Source of the DNA: an uncultured Nitrospinota bacterium
GTDB taxonomy: Bacteria > Tectomicrobia > Entotheonellia > J063 > CAVPRW01
Assembly (NCBI GenBank): GCA_963707985.1
Contig: CAVPRW010000016.1
Location: forward strand, 71,953 to 135,952
DNA length: 64,000 nt
Direction: 5' to 3'
Shown: one piece after another, positions 54,369-64,000 of the stretch
Position numbering within the stretch: the first letter of the stretch is position 1
How the letters are laid out: each line of letters opens with the position of its first letter
Made by a program: the position numbers and the translations under genes
Notes under the pieces: model-generated
Databases searched by the model: none
What the model saw: the letters and a program-made list of their open reading frames with translations, nothing else
What the model was told of the DNA's origin: nothing

Positions 54369-55685
54369 CTAGCTCGGGTGCTTCCCGAACATGATCCAGC
54401 CACCGCTGCTGGGGGTGGTGAAAGCGGCGAGTGCGGTCTCGGCCCGTACCTTGACCTGCCGCGGGCCCGCAGTGCCCCTGAGCTGTTCGATGCTGTCAGT
54501 ATACATGGCAGTGCGCGTCCGCCCGTTCCCGAGATTGCCCCCGCTGGAACAGAAGGGATGCGGGCCCTCAACGCGGATATCCCCCGCATAAAACGCGAAA
54601 GCGTCCCCCCGCTTGACGCCATGCCATTGAAACGCTTCCAGAAAGAACTGCGTCATGGTGGCATACCCATCGTAGGGGTTGAAGATGTCGACGTCCTGCG
54701 GCCCAAGCCCAGCTCCTTCAAACATCCGCCGGGCCGCGCGGTCGGTCCACTCTTCGATTTCATCGAGGTCTGGCTGGGTAGTGCGCTGTCTGAAGTTGTG
54801 CTGCGAATGATTCAGCACGTAGATCGGTGGCTGCTTCATATCTCTGGCGCGGTCGGCGGTGGTGAAGAGATAGGCGGCTGACGCGTTCACCGGCCGGTCA
54901 CAATCCCATATCCTGAGAGGATTTAGGATATACCGCGAGGTCACATAGTCTTCCACGGTCAGCTGCGGAATCCCATGGTTGGCATTATACCCCCACGACG
55001 TCAGCAGGCCGTTGCGGTGCTGGTTGATCACAAAGGGGGCCAGGTCATCATGGGTGCCACCGTATTTGAGGCAATACTGATTGTGCGGGAAGATGTTAAT
55101 GAAGTCGTTCCCCCCGTGATTACCCCAGGGTACCGTCCATTGGCGCGCGCCTCTGGCGTAGTCATCAGCGTTCTCGCCGCCGCGGCGATACCGCCCTTCC
55201 AGGTTACCCGTGGGGTAGATGACCAGACAGGTGGTGCACATACCGTCTCCCACCGCCTGGGACGCCATACCGACCATTTCGCTGATGGTGGGCACGTTGG
55301 TAGGGGCATACTTGACGTTGGGCAGGTGCATCTGCTTGATTAACCACTCCGCATTCACCAGCGTGAGCCCCCACTCAGAGTCGTAGGGCGGGTCAAAGTA
55401 AGGCCGTGGCGCCCATTGTGATGCGGAACCGCCGCTGGCACCGGCAATGTGGCTCTGGCAGCAGATAACGCCATCAATCTGGTCGGGCGTGACGCCCGCG
55501 TCATCCATGGCCTTCTGGCAAGCCAGTATAGAGTATGCACCCAGGGTCTTGTCCATCGAGGTGCCGTCCCAGCGCCGCTCCACCGGGGAATGACCATACC
55601 CGGCAACTGCGACCTTACCCCGGTGCTCCCAGACCCCTAAACCGTCTTTATCTCTCCGCCAGGAATAAGAACTCTGCGTAGCCAT
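54369..55685 (-). CDS. thiolase-fold (SCP-x/Ltp2-like) protein
   Basis: VAVAGYG, PLRIWDC, YDGY, SSGGNLG, EQLRGTAG.RQV. Confidence 0.85.
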   Translation of the reverse strand: MATQSSYSWRRDKDGLGVWEHRGKVAVAGYGHSPVERRWDGTSMDKTLGAYSILACQKAMDDAGVTPDQIDGVICCQSHIAGASGGSASQWAPRPYFDPPYDSEWGLTLVNAEWLIKQMHLPNVKYAPTNVPTISEMVGMASQAVGDGMCTTCLVIYPTGNLEGRYRRGGENADDYARGARQWTVPWGNHGGNDFINIFPHNQYCLKYGGTHDDLAPFVINQHRNGLLTSWGYNANHGIPQLTVEDYVTSRYILNPLRIWDCDRPVNASAAYLFTTADRARDMKQPPIYVLNHSQHNFRQRTTQPDLDEIEEWTDRAARRMFEGAGLGPQDVDIFNPYDGYATMTQFFLEAFQWHGVKRGDAFAFYAGDIRVEGPHPFCSSGGNLGNGRTRTAMYTDSIEQLRGTAGPRQVKVRAETALAAFTTPSSGGWIMFGKHPS

Positions 55686-55738
55686 TGGTTCCCTTTCTTG
55701 ATGACACATCGCGACGTCGCATGCGCCGGAACGGTGGG

Positions 55739-56149
55739 TTAGTTGACCACGCGCCATTCGTGGATCAGTTGGCCCGGCGCCACTTCCTCAAAGGTGACCT
55801 GGACAGCGGCCCCGACCGGGACCTTGTAGGGGGGGGTGCCTGGAAGATTGGAGTAAAAATTCACACGCGTATCCTCGTCCAGGGTAATCAACGCCAGATT
55901 GTACGGCTGATCCGGCATGCGACGGTTGAGCCGGCCGTCCTCTATCACGATATACGTAGCAATATGGCCCCTCCCGCCGACCTCTTTCCACTCCAGCTTG
56001 TCGGCGGACCCGCAGACCTGACAGCTTTGTTGCGGTGGATACTGGAGCCTGTCACAGGCAGCACAGTGCTGCAAGACCAGCCGCTTCTCATTCACAGCAT
56101 CCCAGAAGGGCTTGCTTAACGCATCAGGTACAGGGATCACCTTTGGCAT
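55739..56149 (-). CDS. DUF35 Zn-ribbon/OB-fold protein
   Basis: PFWDA...LQHCAAC...YPP...CQVC...GRG.I.TY. Confidence 0.9.
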   Translation of the reverse strand: MPKVIPVPDALSKPFWDAVNEKRLVLQHCAACDRLQYPPQQSCQVCGSADKLEWKEVGGRGHIATYIVIEDGRLNRRMPDQPYNLALITLDEDTRVNFYSNLPGTPPYKVPVGAAVQVTFEEVAPGQLIHEWRVVN

Positions 56150-56545
56150 CTGTCCTCTCCATGCTCAGGGGGGTATGTGACTCGCGATACCCCATCGACC
56201 TTCTCCCTGCCGTCATCAGAACATCGACGGCGCGGTCGGAGCATAGTGCAGGTCTGTGGGGCCTGTCAATCCTCTCTCGCTTTCGCGTGGATCGGATGTA
56301 TACTACCACCTTTTTTGCCCCCGTGAGCAGAGATGCCACACGCAGGCGACCTTGCATACGCCACGGCCGAGGAAGGGGCGCGGAGCCTGGCCAACGTAGT
56401 TTTTGCCACCTTCGCATGGAGTTCGGGAGGAAAGCCCATGGCTTCTCACTGCAGTGCCAATAGAGAATAGGGTTGGCTGACCATGAGTGAGGGACTATAA
56501 TGCGCCAGCAGAGGGTGTACGAGCAGTACCGCACTACCTGTTCGC

Positions 56546-57967
56546 TTGTATGGCCGACAGCCTGTTAAATCACCCTATGATACCTATGATAGAGGATTGA
56601 CATTGTTGGTTCCAGGACTAAGGGAACGTCAGGGGGCAGGTCGCAAAACACCTTTTTACGGTTGGTGGATGGTCTGGTTGGGCGGTTTCCTTAGCTCTCT
56701 GAATAAGACCGCTGTCAATAAGGGCTTTCCCGTTTTCGTGGCGCCGGTACGCGATGGCTTTGGAGCCAGCAACGCGGCCGTGTCGCTCATTTTCTCACTG
56801 GCTCGTGCGGAAAGCGGACCGACCGGTCCTATGGCCGGCTGGTTCATCGACCGGTTTGGCCCACGTCTGGCGTTATTCGTCGGGGCGCTGATGAGCGGTG
56901 GCGGGTTCCTGGCGCTGGGCTATACCACGAGCCTCTGGGCCTTTGGCTGCATCTATCTGTTAGTGGTCACTGCCGGGGCCAACCTCGGCTTTTCCTATGC
57001 CCTGTCCACCTTGATCAATAACTGGTTTTATCGACGCAAGGCCCTGGCCATGTCGGTGTTCCAGGCGGTGGACTCCTTTTTGCCCGCCATACTGGTGGGG
57101 GTCGTGGCCCTGGCGATTGCCGCGTTGAGCTGGCAGACCACGGCCAAGATCATTGGCCTCGTCCTACTAGTGGTGATCCTGCCGCTGTCGTTCTTCATCA
57201 AGGATGCGCCGGAGCGAATGGGCCTCACCATGGACGGCGACCCGCCAGGCAGCATTCCGGACCCTCCACGCCCCTCAACACCCCGACGTAGCCGGTGGGC
57301 CCAGCCTGCCTGGCGTCCCCCCGAAGAATACAGCATGCGCCAGACGCTGCACTCCTGGGCGTTCTGGAACCTGACCGTGGGCACGGCGTTGCGATTGGTC
57401 TCGAAAGCCGGCGTGACGGTGCATATCATCCCCATCATGGCGAGTAAGGGGGTATCCGAGCAGACAGCGGCGTTCATGTTTGGCTTGCAATTGTTTTTGA
57501 CGGTCCCCATGTATCTGATTCTCGGCTGGGCCGCGGACCGCTTCCCCAAACCGCCGGTGCTCATGTGGGCCTCCCTCGCAGGCACGGTTTCTTTTGCGCT
57601 GCTGGCCTCGCCCTGGCACGGCGTCGGCATGCTCCTGACGTATGTGTTCTTGTTCGCCATCTGCGACGCCAGCGCGCCGATCAACTGGGCGGTGGTCGGC
57701 GAATATTTTGGCCGCCAGACCTTCAGTCGGCTGCGGGGCTATATCCAGTTCGCCAACTTCCCCGGGGTCCTGTTCGCCCCGGTGTTCGTGGGGTGGTGGT
57801 ACGACCGTTACCACAGCTATGCGTTCCCCATCTGGATCTACACTGGGGTGTCGCTGGTGGGCGCATTGGCCTTTGCCGTCCTCAAACGGCCCCCCAGCAA
57901 TGCACTGGAGCTAGGCGGGGAGCCCACGGCCCCCCAGGCGAATCTAGAGCTATCTCCAGAGGGATAA
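56546..57967 (+). CDS. MFS transporter
   Basis: FYGWW, GWFIDRFGPR, GWAADRF, EYFGR; many hydrophobic helices; start uncertain. Confidence 0.9.
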   Translation: MYGRQPVKSPYDTYDRGLTLLVPGLRERQGAGRKTPFYGWWMVWLGGFLSSLNKTAVNKGFPVFVAPVRDGFGASNAAVSLIFSLARAESGPTGPMAGWFIDRFGPRLALFVGALMSGGGFLALGYTTSLWAFGCIYLLVVTAGANLGFSYALSTLINNWFYRRKALAMSVFQAVDSFLPAILVGVVALAIAALSWQTTAKIIGLVLLVVILPLSFFIKDAPERMGLTMDGDPPGSIPDPPRPSTPRRSRWAQPAWRPPEEYSMRQTLHSWAFWNLTVGTALRLVSKAGVTVHIIPIMASKGVSEQTAAFMFGLQLFLTVPMYLILGWAADRFPKPPVLMWASLAGTVSFALLASPWHGVGMLLTYVFLFAICDASAPINWAVVGEYFGRQTFSRLRGYIQFANFPGVLFAPVFVGWWYDRYHSYAFPIWIYTGVSLVGALAFAVLKRPPSNALELGGEPTAPQANLELSPEG

Positions 57968-58051
57968 GCAGTCCAAACGGCATTATGCGCTGGCGCTTAG
58001 GAGCGCACTCCTGAAGCACCCTGAGCCCTCGCAACACCACGAGACAAGCGT

Positions 58052-59492
58052 ATGCCGGAGCCCAAACGTAAAACGGCGATGATTAGCAGCACGTCACGCG
58101 ATTTGCCAGAGCATCGCCAGCAGGCGATCGATGCCTGCTTACGCCAGGGCATCTTCCCAAGCGCGATGGAGCATCTGCCGGCGCGCGATGCGGACGCCAT
58201 TCGTGTGTCGCTGGAGATGGTGGACGAGGCCGACATCTATATCGGGATCTACGCCTGGCGTTACGGCTACATACCAGAAGGGCACGACATCTCGATCACC
58301 GAAATGGAGCTCAACCGTGCCGTGGAGTGCGACCTTCCCATTCTCGTCTTTATGATGCACCACGATCACCCGCCGACCATTACGATGGTCGAGGCAGACA
58401 AAGGCGCGCAGACAAAGCTGAATACACTGAAAGACCGTGCCTGCCACGGCCGCGGGCGTTTGGAGTTCAAGTCGCCAGTTGAGCTTCGCAGTCATATCAT
58501 CCAGTCGCTGTGAGCTGGCCATCGCATACCAACTCAGCGGCGAGCCGGGTCGTGGCGAGCTACTCTTTCGGCGTTCCACAGAGATTTATGAACGGGCAAA
58601 AGATGAGGCGAGCGAGGCCGTAGAGTTATGCAACCTCTCCCATCCTCTCTGGCGCTCTAGTCATCTATATGCAGCCGAGACGGCTGCGTGCCGTGCACTG
58701 GGAATTGGCCACGAACAAGGCCACCGATACCGAGAAGGTGTTAGCCTCTTTTTTGTCGGTGTCACTCTCGCCGCATGTGGGGTAGCCTCCTCATCAGCGA
58801 TCAGCCTTGGCCGTTCGCTGAATATCTTGGTTGCACAAAAAAACAAATAAAGCGAAGGCTTCGTTAACGCCTCTCTCGCGCAACGCTGCCTCTGGTTCAG
58901 TCAACCCGGCGAGTCGCTGCCGCTCGCGCAACGCGCCTGGGAACTGGCGCATGTCCAGTGCCACGAACGCGACCTCATCCGAGCCGCCCGACTCCACGGC
59001 GAGGCAGCGCTGGGCGTAGGCGATCTGACCACCGCCACCGAGCGCCTGCACCATGCCCTCGCCCGCGCCCGCGCTGTCAACTACGTCGAAGAAGAACTTC
59101 CCGCTTTGACGGCCCTGGCCGAACTGCACCGGCGGCAGCAGCATGACGACACCGCGCGCGAACTCCTGGATCAGGTCTGGACCCCCGCTGAGCGCGGGCC
59201 GTATCCGCTTTTTCACGCCGATGCGCTCAACGTCCTCGCACAGTTCGAACGCGATCAGAGCCGCCGGGAGGCCGCCATTGCCGCTGCCACCGAGGCCTAC
59301 AAGCAGGCCTGGTGCGACGGGCCACCCTACGCCTACCACTTCGGCCTGACAAATGCCCGCCGCCACCTCCGGGAACTCAACGCGCCGGAACCGGAGCTGC
59401 CGCCCTTCGATGCCTCCAAGTATCCGCCGATACCCGAAGTCGAGATTGACCCGCAAGACGAATTCCATGTCGGTAATACTGCTGAAGCGTGA
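58052..59492 (+). pseudogene. DUF4062-TPR protein with central region deleted and internal stops
   Basis: MISSTSRDL..HR...ME...ADIYIGI...RYG...SITEME; then TPR-like helices after a frame break at ~58512 and a TAA at ~58848. Confidence 0.75.
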
Positions 59493-59701
59493 GTCTGGGG
59501 AACGCGCTCCTCTCGAACACGCCGTAAAACCCTGCCGTTCAAGGCGCCGATACAAGGCATTGCTTCCGGGGCACGTATAGATTTAAGCTTGCCCTTCGTA
59601 GCCCATTTTGCTATACGCTCACTATCATGTGGGCATGAACTTCAGCCGGGGAAATCCGGCGTCATGCCTGAAGAGCATTATGAGACCTGAAGGAGGTCAA
59701 G

Positions 59702-60924
59702 ATGGCGAAGACGTATCCAATGCTGTCCAGTGATGGGCACCTGGAAGTCCTCCCAGAGCGGTGGACCCGCCGGATGCCCGCGAAATTCCGCGAGCTCGCG
59801 CCGCGCACGACGACCTTGGCGGATGGGAGCGACGCCATCGTCATGGAGGGCTCGGGGCCGTTCAAGGTCAACTATATCGACCTGAGAGGCGGCAGGAAGG
59901 CCGACGACTGGCAGCCCGTCGGCGTGAAAGTCGAGAATACGCCGGGCATTGGACCACCTGAGCAGCGGGTTGAGGAGCAGGATGTGGACGGCCTCTCGGC
60001 TGAGGTGCTATTCCCGAACATGGCGGCTGGGCCTGGGCTCTGGCGCAACATGAAGGATGATGACGCGTATAAGGCAGCTGTCCGAGCCTACAACGACTGG
60101 CTGGCTGAAGAATACTGCCCTGTGGCGCCTGACCGCCTGCTCGGCATGGGTGTCATGCCGTGGACCAATATCGACGATGCCCTGGCTGAGCTCACGCACT
60201 CCGCCGAGATGGGCTTAAAGGGTGTCCTATTGGGCGTCTTTCCAAGCGGCAAGGTCTATCCCACCCCAGAAGACGACAAATTCTGGGCCGCTGCCCAGGA
60301 GATGGACATGCCGGTGACCGTTCACGTCGGGTTCAACCGCAACGGCCCCCGCGCCAGCGAACCCATGTTCTTGTTCCCGAATCCGGATCCTGAGGTCCTG
60401 AAGTCGACCAGACACATCGTGGACTATGTGGCGCGCTGGGGTATGGACGCCGCCAAGACCATATCGCCACTCATCCTGTCGGGCGTGTTTGACCGGTTCC
60501 CCGATTTCAAAATCTTCTTTGCCGAGACCCGAGTCGGCTGGATCCCCTCTGGCTCGAGATGGCGGACTATTGGTACGACAAACACCTGAGCTGGAACAAG
60601 CGTCTGCTCGGTTTCGATCCCCCGAAGCGGATGCCCAGCGAATACGTACGCGACAACATCGTGCTGAGCGTGCAGCACGTCGAGCGGACCGCGATCGAGA
60701 TGCGTCACCACATCGGTGTCGACCACTTGATGTTTGCCACCGATTTCCCGCACATCGAGTGCGACTGGCCGGAGACCCGGTCTTACGCCGATAAAATGTT
60801 TGCCGGTGTACCCTGGGAGGAGGCGTACCCGATTCTGGCGGGGAACATGATCAAATTCTTCCACCTCGAAGACACGCCCATGGCCAAGAAGGTCGAGGCC
60901 CAGGCCAAAGTCGCCGTGTGGTAA
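59702..60924 (+). CDS. amidohydrolase family 2 protein, frameshift near 60548
   Basis: SSDGH, EQDVDG..AEVLFP, AYNDWL, HVG, GVFDRFP, FATDFPH. Confidence 0.92.
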
Positions 60925-61084
60925 GCGTGAGACGTTGCACCGAAGCTGCAGTGCCCCCGGAAAGCATCCAGGGGCACTGTGCCTACCTGCCTGTCCCCGT
61001 GAGTCCGAAGCAGCGATCAGCGGCGTTCGGGCCAAAGGTCCAGCGGGCGCATTCGACCACTGCTGCTGGTAGACGGAAGAGGCC

Positions 61085-62419
61085 ATGGCCGAGGCGGCCC
61101 CGCATGCCAACATGACGCCGCCTGGAGCGCCAGAGCAAGAGGCTGCTCAGCAGAGAAATGCCCAGCGGTCCAGAGGTCCTCTCGGAGCTCTGCTACGCCT
61201 ACGGACGTTCGCAGCACTGCGCCACCGCGAGTTTCTTCTGCTCTGGTCCGGACAGTCAGCCACCGCCATGGCCATGTGGATGGATCAGGTGGCCCGTGGC
61301 TGGCTCATGTACGAGCTCACCAATTCTCCCGTCCAACTCGGCCTGGTGCACGGCGTCCAGGCCATTCCGATTCTCGTGCTGTCCCCGGTCGCCGGTAGCG
61401 TCGCCGACCGTTACCCCCGCAAGCTACAGGTCCTGGTCGCCCAAGGGCTCGCCGGGTTGATGTACGCCGTGCTCGCCGTGCTCATCTTGAGCGGCCGCAT
61501 CCAGCCCTGGCATGTGTATGCGACGGCTTTCGCAATGGCCATGGTCCAGACGTTTCATCTACCAGCCCGGGCAGCCATGGTCGCCGATGCGGTGCCTCCC
61601 TGCCAGCTGACCAACGCGATCGGCCTTAGCTCTGTCATATTTAACGTGGCTCGCAGCACGGGCCCCGCCCTGGCCGGCTTCCTCATCGCCACGCTCGGCA
61701 CGGCGAGCTGCTATGCCGTTCAGGTGGGGTTCTATCTACTGGCGATCGTCTGGACCCTGCAACTTCGCCCGGCCCCGATTGCTTCCACCAGTGTGCGAGA
61801 TCGCGCCGCGCACGGAGCGTCCTTCGGGCAGAGCATCGTCGAGGGCTGGAAGTTTAGTTGGCGCAACGAAGTGGTACGCGCGGGACTCCTCATCATGATG
61901 TGCGCCTCGTTGTTCATCGTCCCCTTCACCACCCTCTTGCCGGTGTTTGCGCGCGACCTCTTGAGTGTCGGGGCTACCGGCCAGGGATGGCTCTTGACGG
62001 CCATGGGTGTGGGTGCGCTATGCAGTGCCCTCCTCATCGCCTCGCTTGGTGACCGGCTCCCGAGGGGTCTCCTCATGCTGTGGGGCGTGACGATCTACGG
62101 GCTCAGCGTCGTTGCCTTTGCGGTCTCCGACTCATTCCGGCTGTCGTTGGGGCTGATGACGCTGGTCGGCCTGGCCCACGTGAGCTCCCACGCCCTCGTG
62201 CAAACCGTCGTCCAGACGTACTCTCCATCCGCCTTCCGCGGACGGACAATGGCCATCTTTCACATGAGCTCAGTCGTCCTGACGCTCGGCAGCATGCTGG
62301 CTGGAATGCTGTCGGCGTTCATGGGTGCCCGCTGGGCGGCGGCATCGATGGGCGCGACGGGCGCTCTCCTCATCGTTGCGATCGGGGTGGCGCTGCCGCG
62401 CGCCCGGCTCATCCGATAG
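61085..62419 (+). CDS. MFS transporter (MFS_3/DHA3-like)
   Basis: F.LLWSGQ, GSVADRYPRK, PAR.AMV, GPALAG, FRGR.M. Confidence 0.9.
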   Translation: MAEAAPHANMTPPGAPEQEAAQQRNAQRSRGPLGALLRLRTFAALRHREFLLLWSGQSATAMAMWMDQVARGWLMYELTNSPVQLGLVHGVQAIPILVLSPVAGSVADRYPRKLQVLVAQGLAGLMYAVLAVLILSGRIQPWHVYATAFAMAMVQTFHLPARAAMVADAVPPCQLTNAIGLSSVIFNVARSTGPALAGFLIATLGTASCYAVQVGFYLLAIVWTLQLRPAPIASTSVRDRAAHGASFGQSIVEGWKFSWRNEVVRAGLLIMMCASLFIVPFTTLLPVFARDLLSVGATGQGWLLTAMGVGALCSALLIASLGDRLPRGLLMLWGVTIYGLSVVAFAVSDSFRLSLGLMTLVGLAHVSSHALVQTVVQTYSPSAFRGRTMAIFHMSSVVLTLGSMLAGMLSAFMGARWAAASMGATGALLIVAIGVALPRARLIR

Positions 62420-62485
62420 GGCATTAGTAGGCTACGATCGAATATGTCGCGGGGATTTCGAGCCTTCGACCAGAGGCAGCACCGT

Positions 62486-62545
62486 ATGCAGGCAGGTGGC
62501 TATATCCGGGTCAGCAGCGACGAGCAAGCCCATAGGGGATTGCTC
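62486..62545 (+). pseudogene. serine recombinase N-terminal remnant
   Basis: MQAGGYIRVSSDEQAHRG (YxRVSxxxQ), then similarity ends. Confidence 0.6.
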
Positions 62546-62600
62546 GTCGGCATGGGCACGTCAAAGAAGCCCCTCGTCCGCAGTGCTCGCAGAGGGGCAA

Positions 62601-63296
62601 TCACCGCCCCGGCTTGCCTGAACTCCAGCCCCAATTGTCGGGCGGCCAGACGTTGCGACCACGCCTGCCGCCGGTGCGCTCACCCGCGTACCAGTCCTTC
62701 ACGGTCTCGCGCCACTTGGCGATGTGCGGGGTTTTGGTGTGATACTCGAACGCTGCCTTGTTGACGTAGACCTCGTACAGGTACAACTCATTGGCCTTGT
62801 GGATATTCTGGTATACATCGAACCTCAGGCAGCCAGGCTCCTCATGGGTCGAGCCCAGCCCGTCGAGCCTGACCGCCGCGATGAAGGCATCCACCTTGTC
62901 CGGTTGGATGGGCAGCGGAGCATGAATGACGTGCAAGCTGCTGCTGAACGCTGGGTCCTCCACGGCACCCGGTCGGTGGGCATCCCAGATGGCGTCGCCC
63001 AGCGGAAACACCGGCCGACAGAAAGAGACCTCGACGGCACCATCCAACATGTTCTTCACCGCAGCGTCCCACTGTGCGAAGTGCGGCGTGGTTTTGTGGT
63101 GCTCGAACGCCGCCTCATCGCTGTACACCTCGGTAAAGGCGATGAGCTTGGGGTTGGTTTCGTCCTGGATGATATCGAATCGGTGGCACCCTGGGCGCTC
63201 GTGCAGGACCGAGCCGGTGCCATCTGCAATAGAGGCCTTGATGAAGTCGTCGATGTGGTCTTGCTTGACTGTGAGTCGCACCATGAGGATGTACAT
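62601..63296 (-). CDS. tandem antibiotic-biosynthesis-monooxygenase (LsrG-like) domain protein
   Basis: Two PGC.RFD...EVY...AAFE.H.[TK]TPH...W repeats; AAGGAG RBS. Confidence 0.9.
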   Translation of the reverse strand: MYILMVRLTVKQDHIDDFIKASIADGTGSVLHERPGCHRFDIIQDETNPKLIAFTEVYSDEAAFEHHKTTPHFAQWDAAVKNMLDGAVEVSFCRPVFPLGDAIWDAHRPGAVEDPAFSSSLHVIHAPLPIQPDKVDAFIAAVRLDGLGSTHEEPGCLRFDVYQNIHKANELYLYEVYVNKAAFEYHTKTPHIAKWRETVKDWYAGERTGGRRGRNVWPPDNWGWSSGKPGR

Positions 63297-63489
63297 AGCA
63301 ACTCCTTGCATGCGCCCTGTGAGGCGCGGCTGGAACGCGTGACATGTGAGGCTGGTCTTCCCGTGCGCCGCAGTATACTGGATTCGCTCGGTTGATGCGA
63401 GTGTGCGGTCGTGGAACACCTCAGGATGATAGGGGAATTTTCGGCTCGCACGCTGATGGCTGTCTTGTCAGTTGGAGGGGCGAATGAAG

Positions 63490-63661
63490 GCGCTGGGAGA
63501 GCGACGTTGAACAGCTGGTCGAGGGCGTGATAGAGGGAGGACTTGCCGCTGCCGTTCTCACCGTAGAGCAGAAGGTTCTTGCCGCCGGGGAGGTCAAAGG
63601 TGTATATGGCCGGGCCGGGGAAGCCGCGGAAATGCTTGATCTCAATCTTGGTGATCTTCAC
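63490..63661 (-). pseudogene. ABC-type ATPase N-terminus, truncated
   Basis: MKITKIEIKHFRGF...YGENGSGKSS; GTGA overlap with the upstream gene; similarity ends after ~55 codons. Confidence 0.75.
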
Positions 63662-64000
63662 GCCTTGCCTTCGATGATGCGGACTTCTTCCACCGTTTGG
63701 AGGTCATGCAAAGCGGCGCGGAGCAGATGCTGGAGGTCATAGACGCGCTCGAACTCTTTGCACAGGCGGCTAAGGCGATGTGCTTCCGGTATGGCGTCCA
63801 GTGCCGGCAGGACGGCCTGCTGAACCAGGTCGAACAGGCGCAGGCCACGGGCGTATAGCGCTTCGGGGAAGTACAGTTCGTACACCAGGCCGTTAAGCAC
63901 CTGTTCCCAGTACCCAAGCATGAGTGCATCACGGGCGGTCTTCTCCACCTTGTGCGCTTGGAAACAGCGGTTCAGCCAGAGCAGGTATTCGACTAGGTGC
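63658..64000 (-). CDS. C-terminus of a probable type IIG/Eco57I-like restriction-modification protein
   Basis: YWEQVLNGLVYELYF...VRIIEG tail; ORF open to the window edge; catalytic motifs not visible. Confidence 0.55.
   Translation of the reverse strand, partial: HLVEYLLWLNRCFQAHKVEKTARDALMLGYWEQVLNGLVYELYFPEALYARGLRLFDLVQQAVLPALDAIPEAHRLSRLCKEFERVYDLQHLLRAALHDLQTVEEVRIIEGKA

Overview
GC-rich bacterial window. Gene content and IS types are reminiscent of Candidatus Tectomicrobia/Entotheonella-like organisms, but this is not verifiable here. Two catabolic flanks (1-11.2 kb and 47.3-63.3 kb) carry an amidase, P450 + ferredoxin, paired CoA-transferases, a Tat molybdoenzyme, hydrolases, MmgE/PrpD, thiolase-fold + DUF35, MFS transporters and an amidohydrolase. 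They enclose a ~36 kb accessory/defence island (11.3-47.3 kb). The island holds a type I restriction-modification operon translationally coupled to an ABC-type ATPase + HNH pair (Septu/PtuAB-like), about 20 intact or broken toxin-antitoxin-like modules, degenerate integron attC-like sites without an integrase, dead IS/RAYT elements, two MITEs, a kinase-TPR relic and a nuclease-tipped polymorphic-toxin-like ORF. The most striking signal is that dead genes are dominated by A>C / T>G transversions, directly visible in an internal ~980-bp duplication. Single-base frameshifts in otherwise intact genes look like long-read consensus errors. No rRNA, tRNA or CRISPR array was seen. All family assignments are by motif recognition, not database search.
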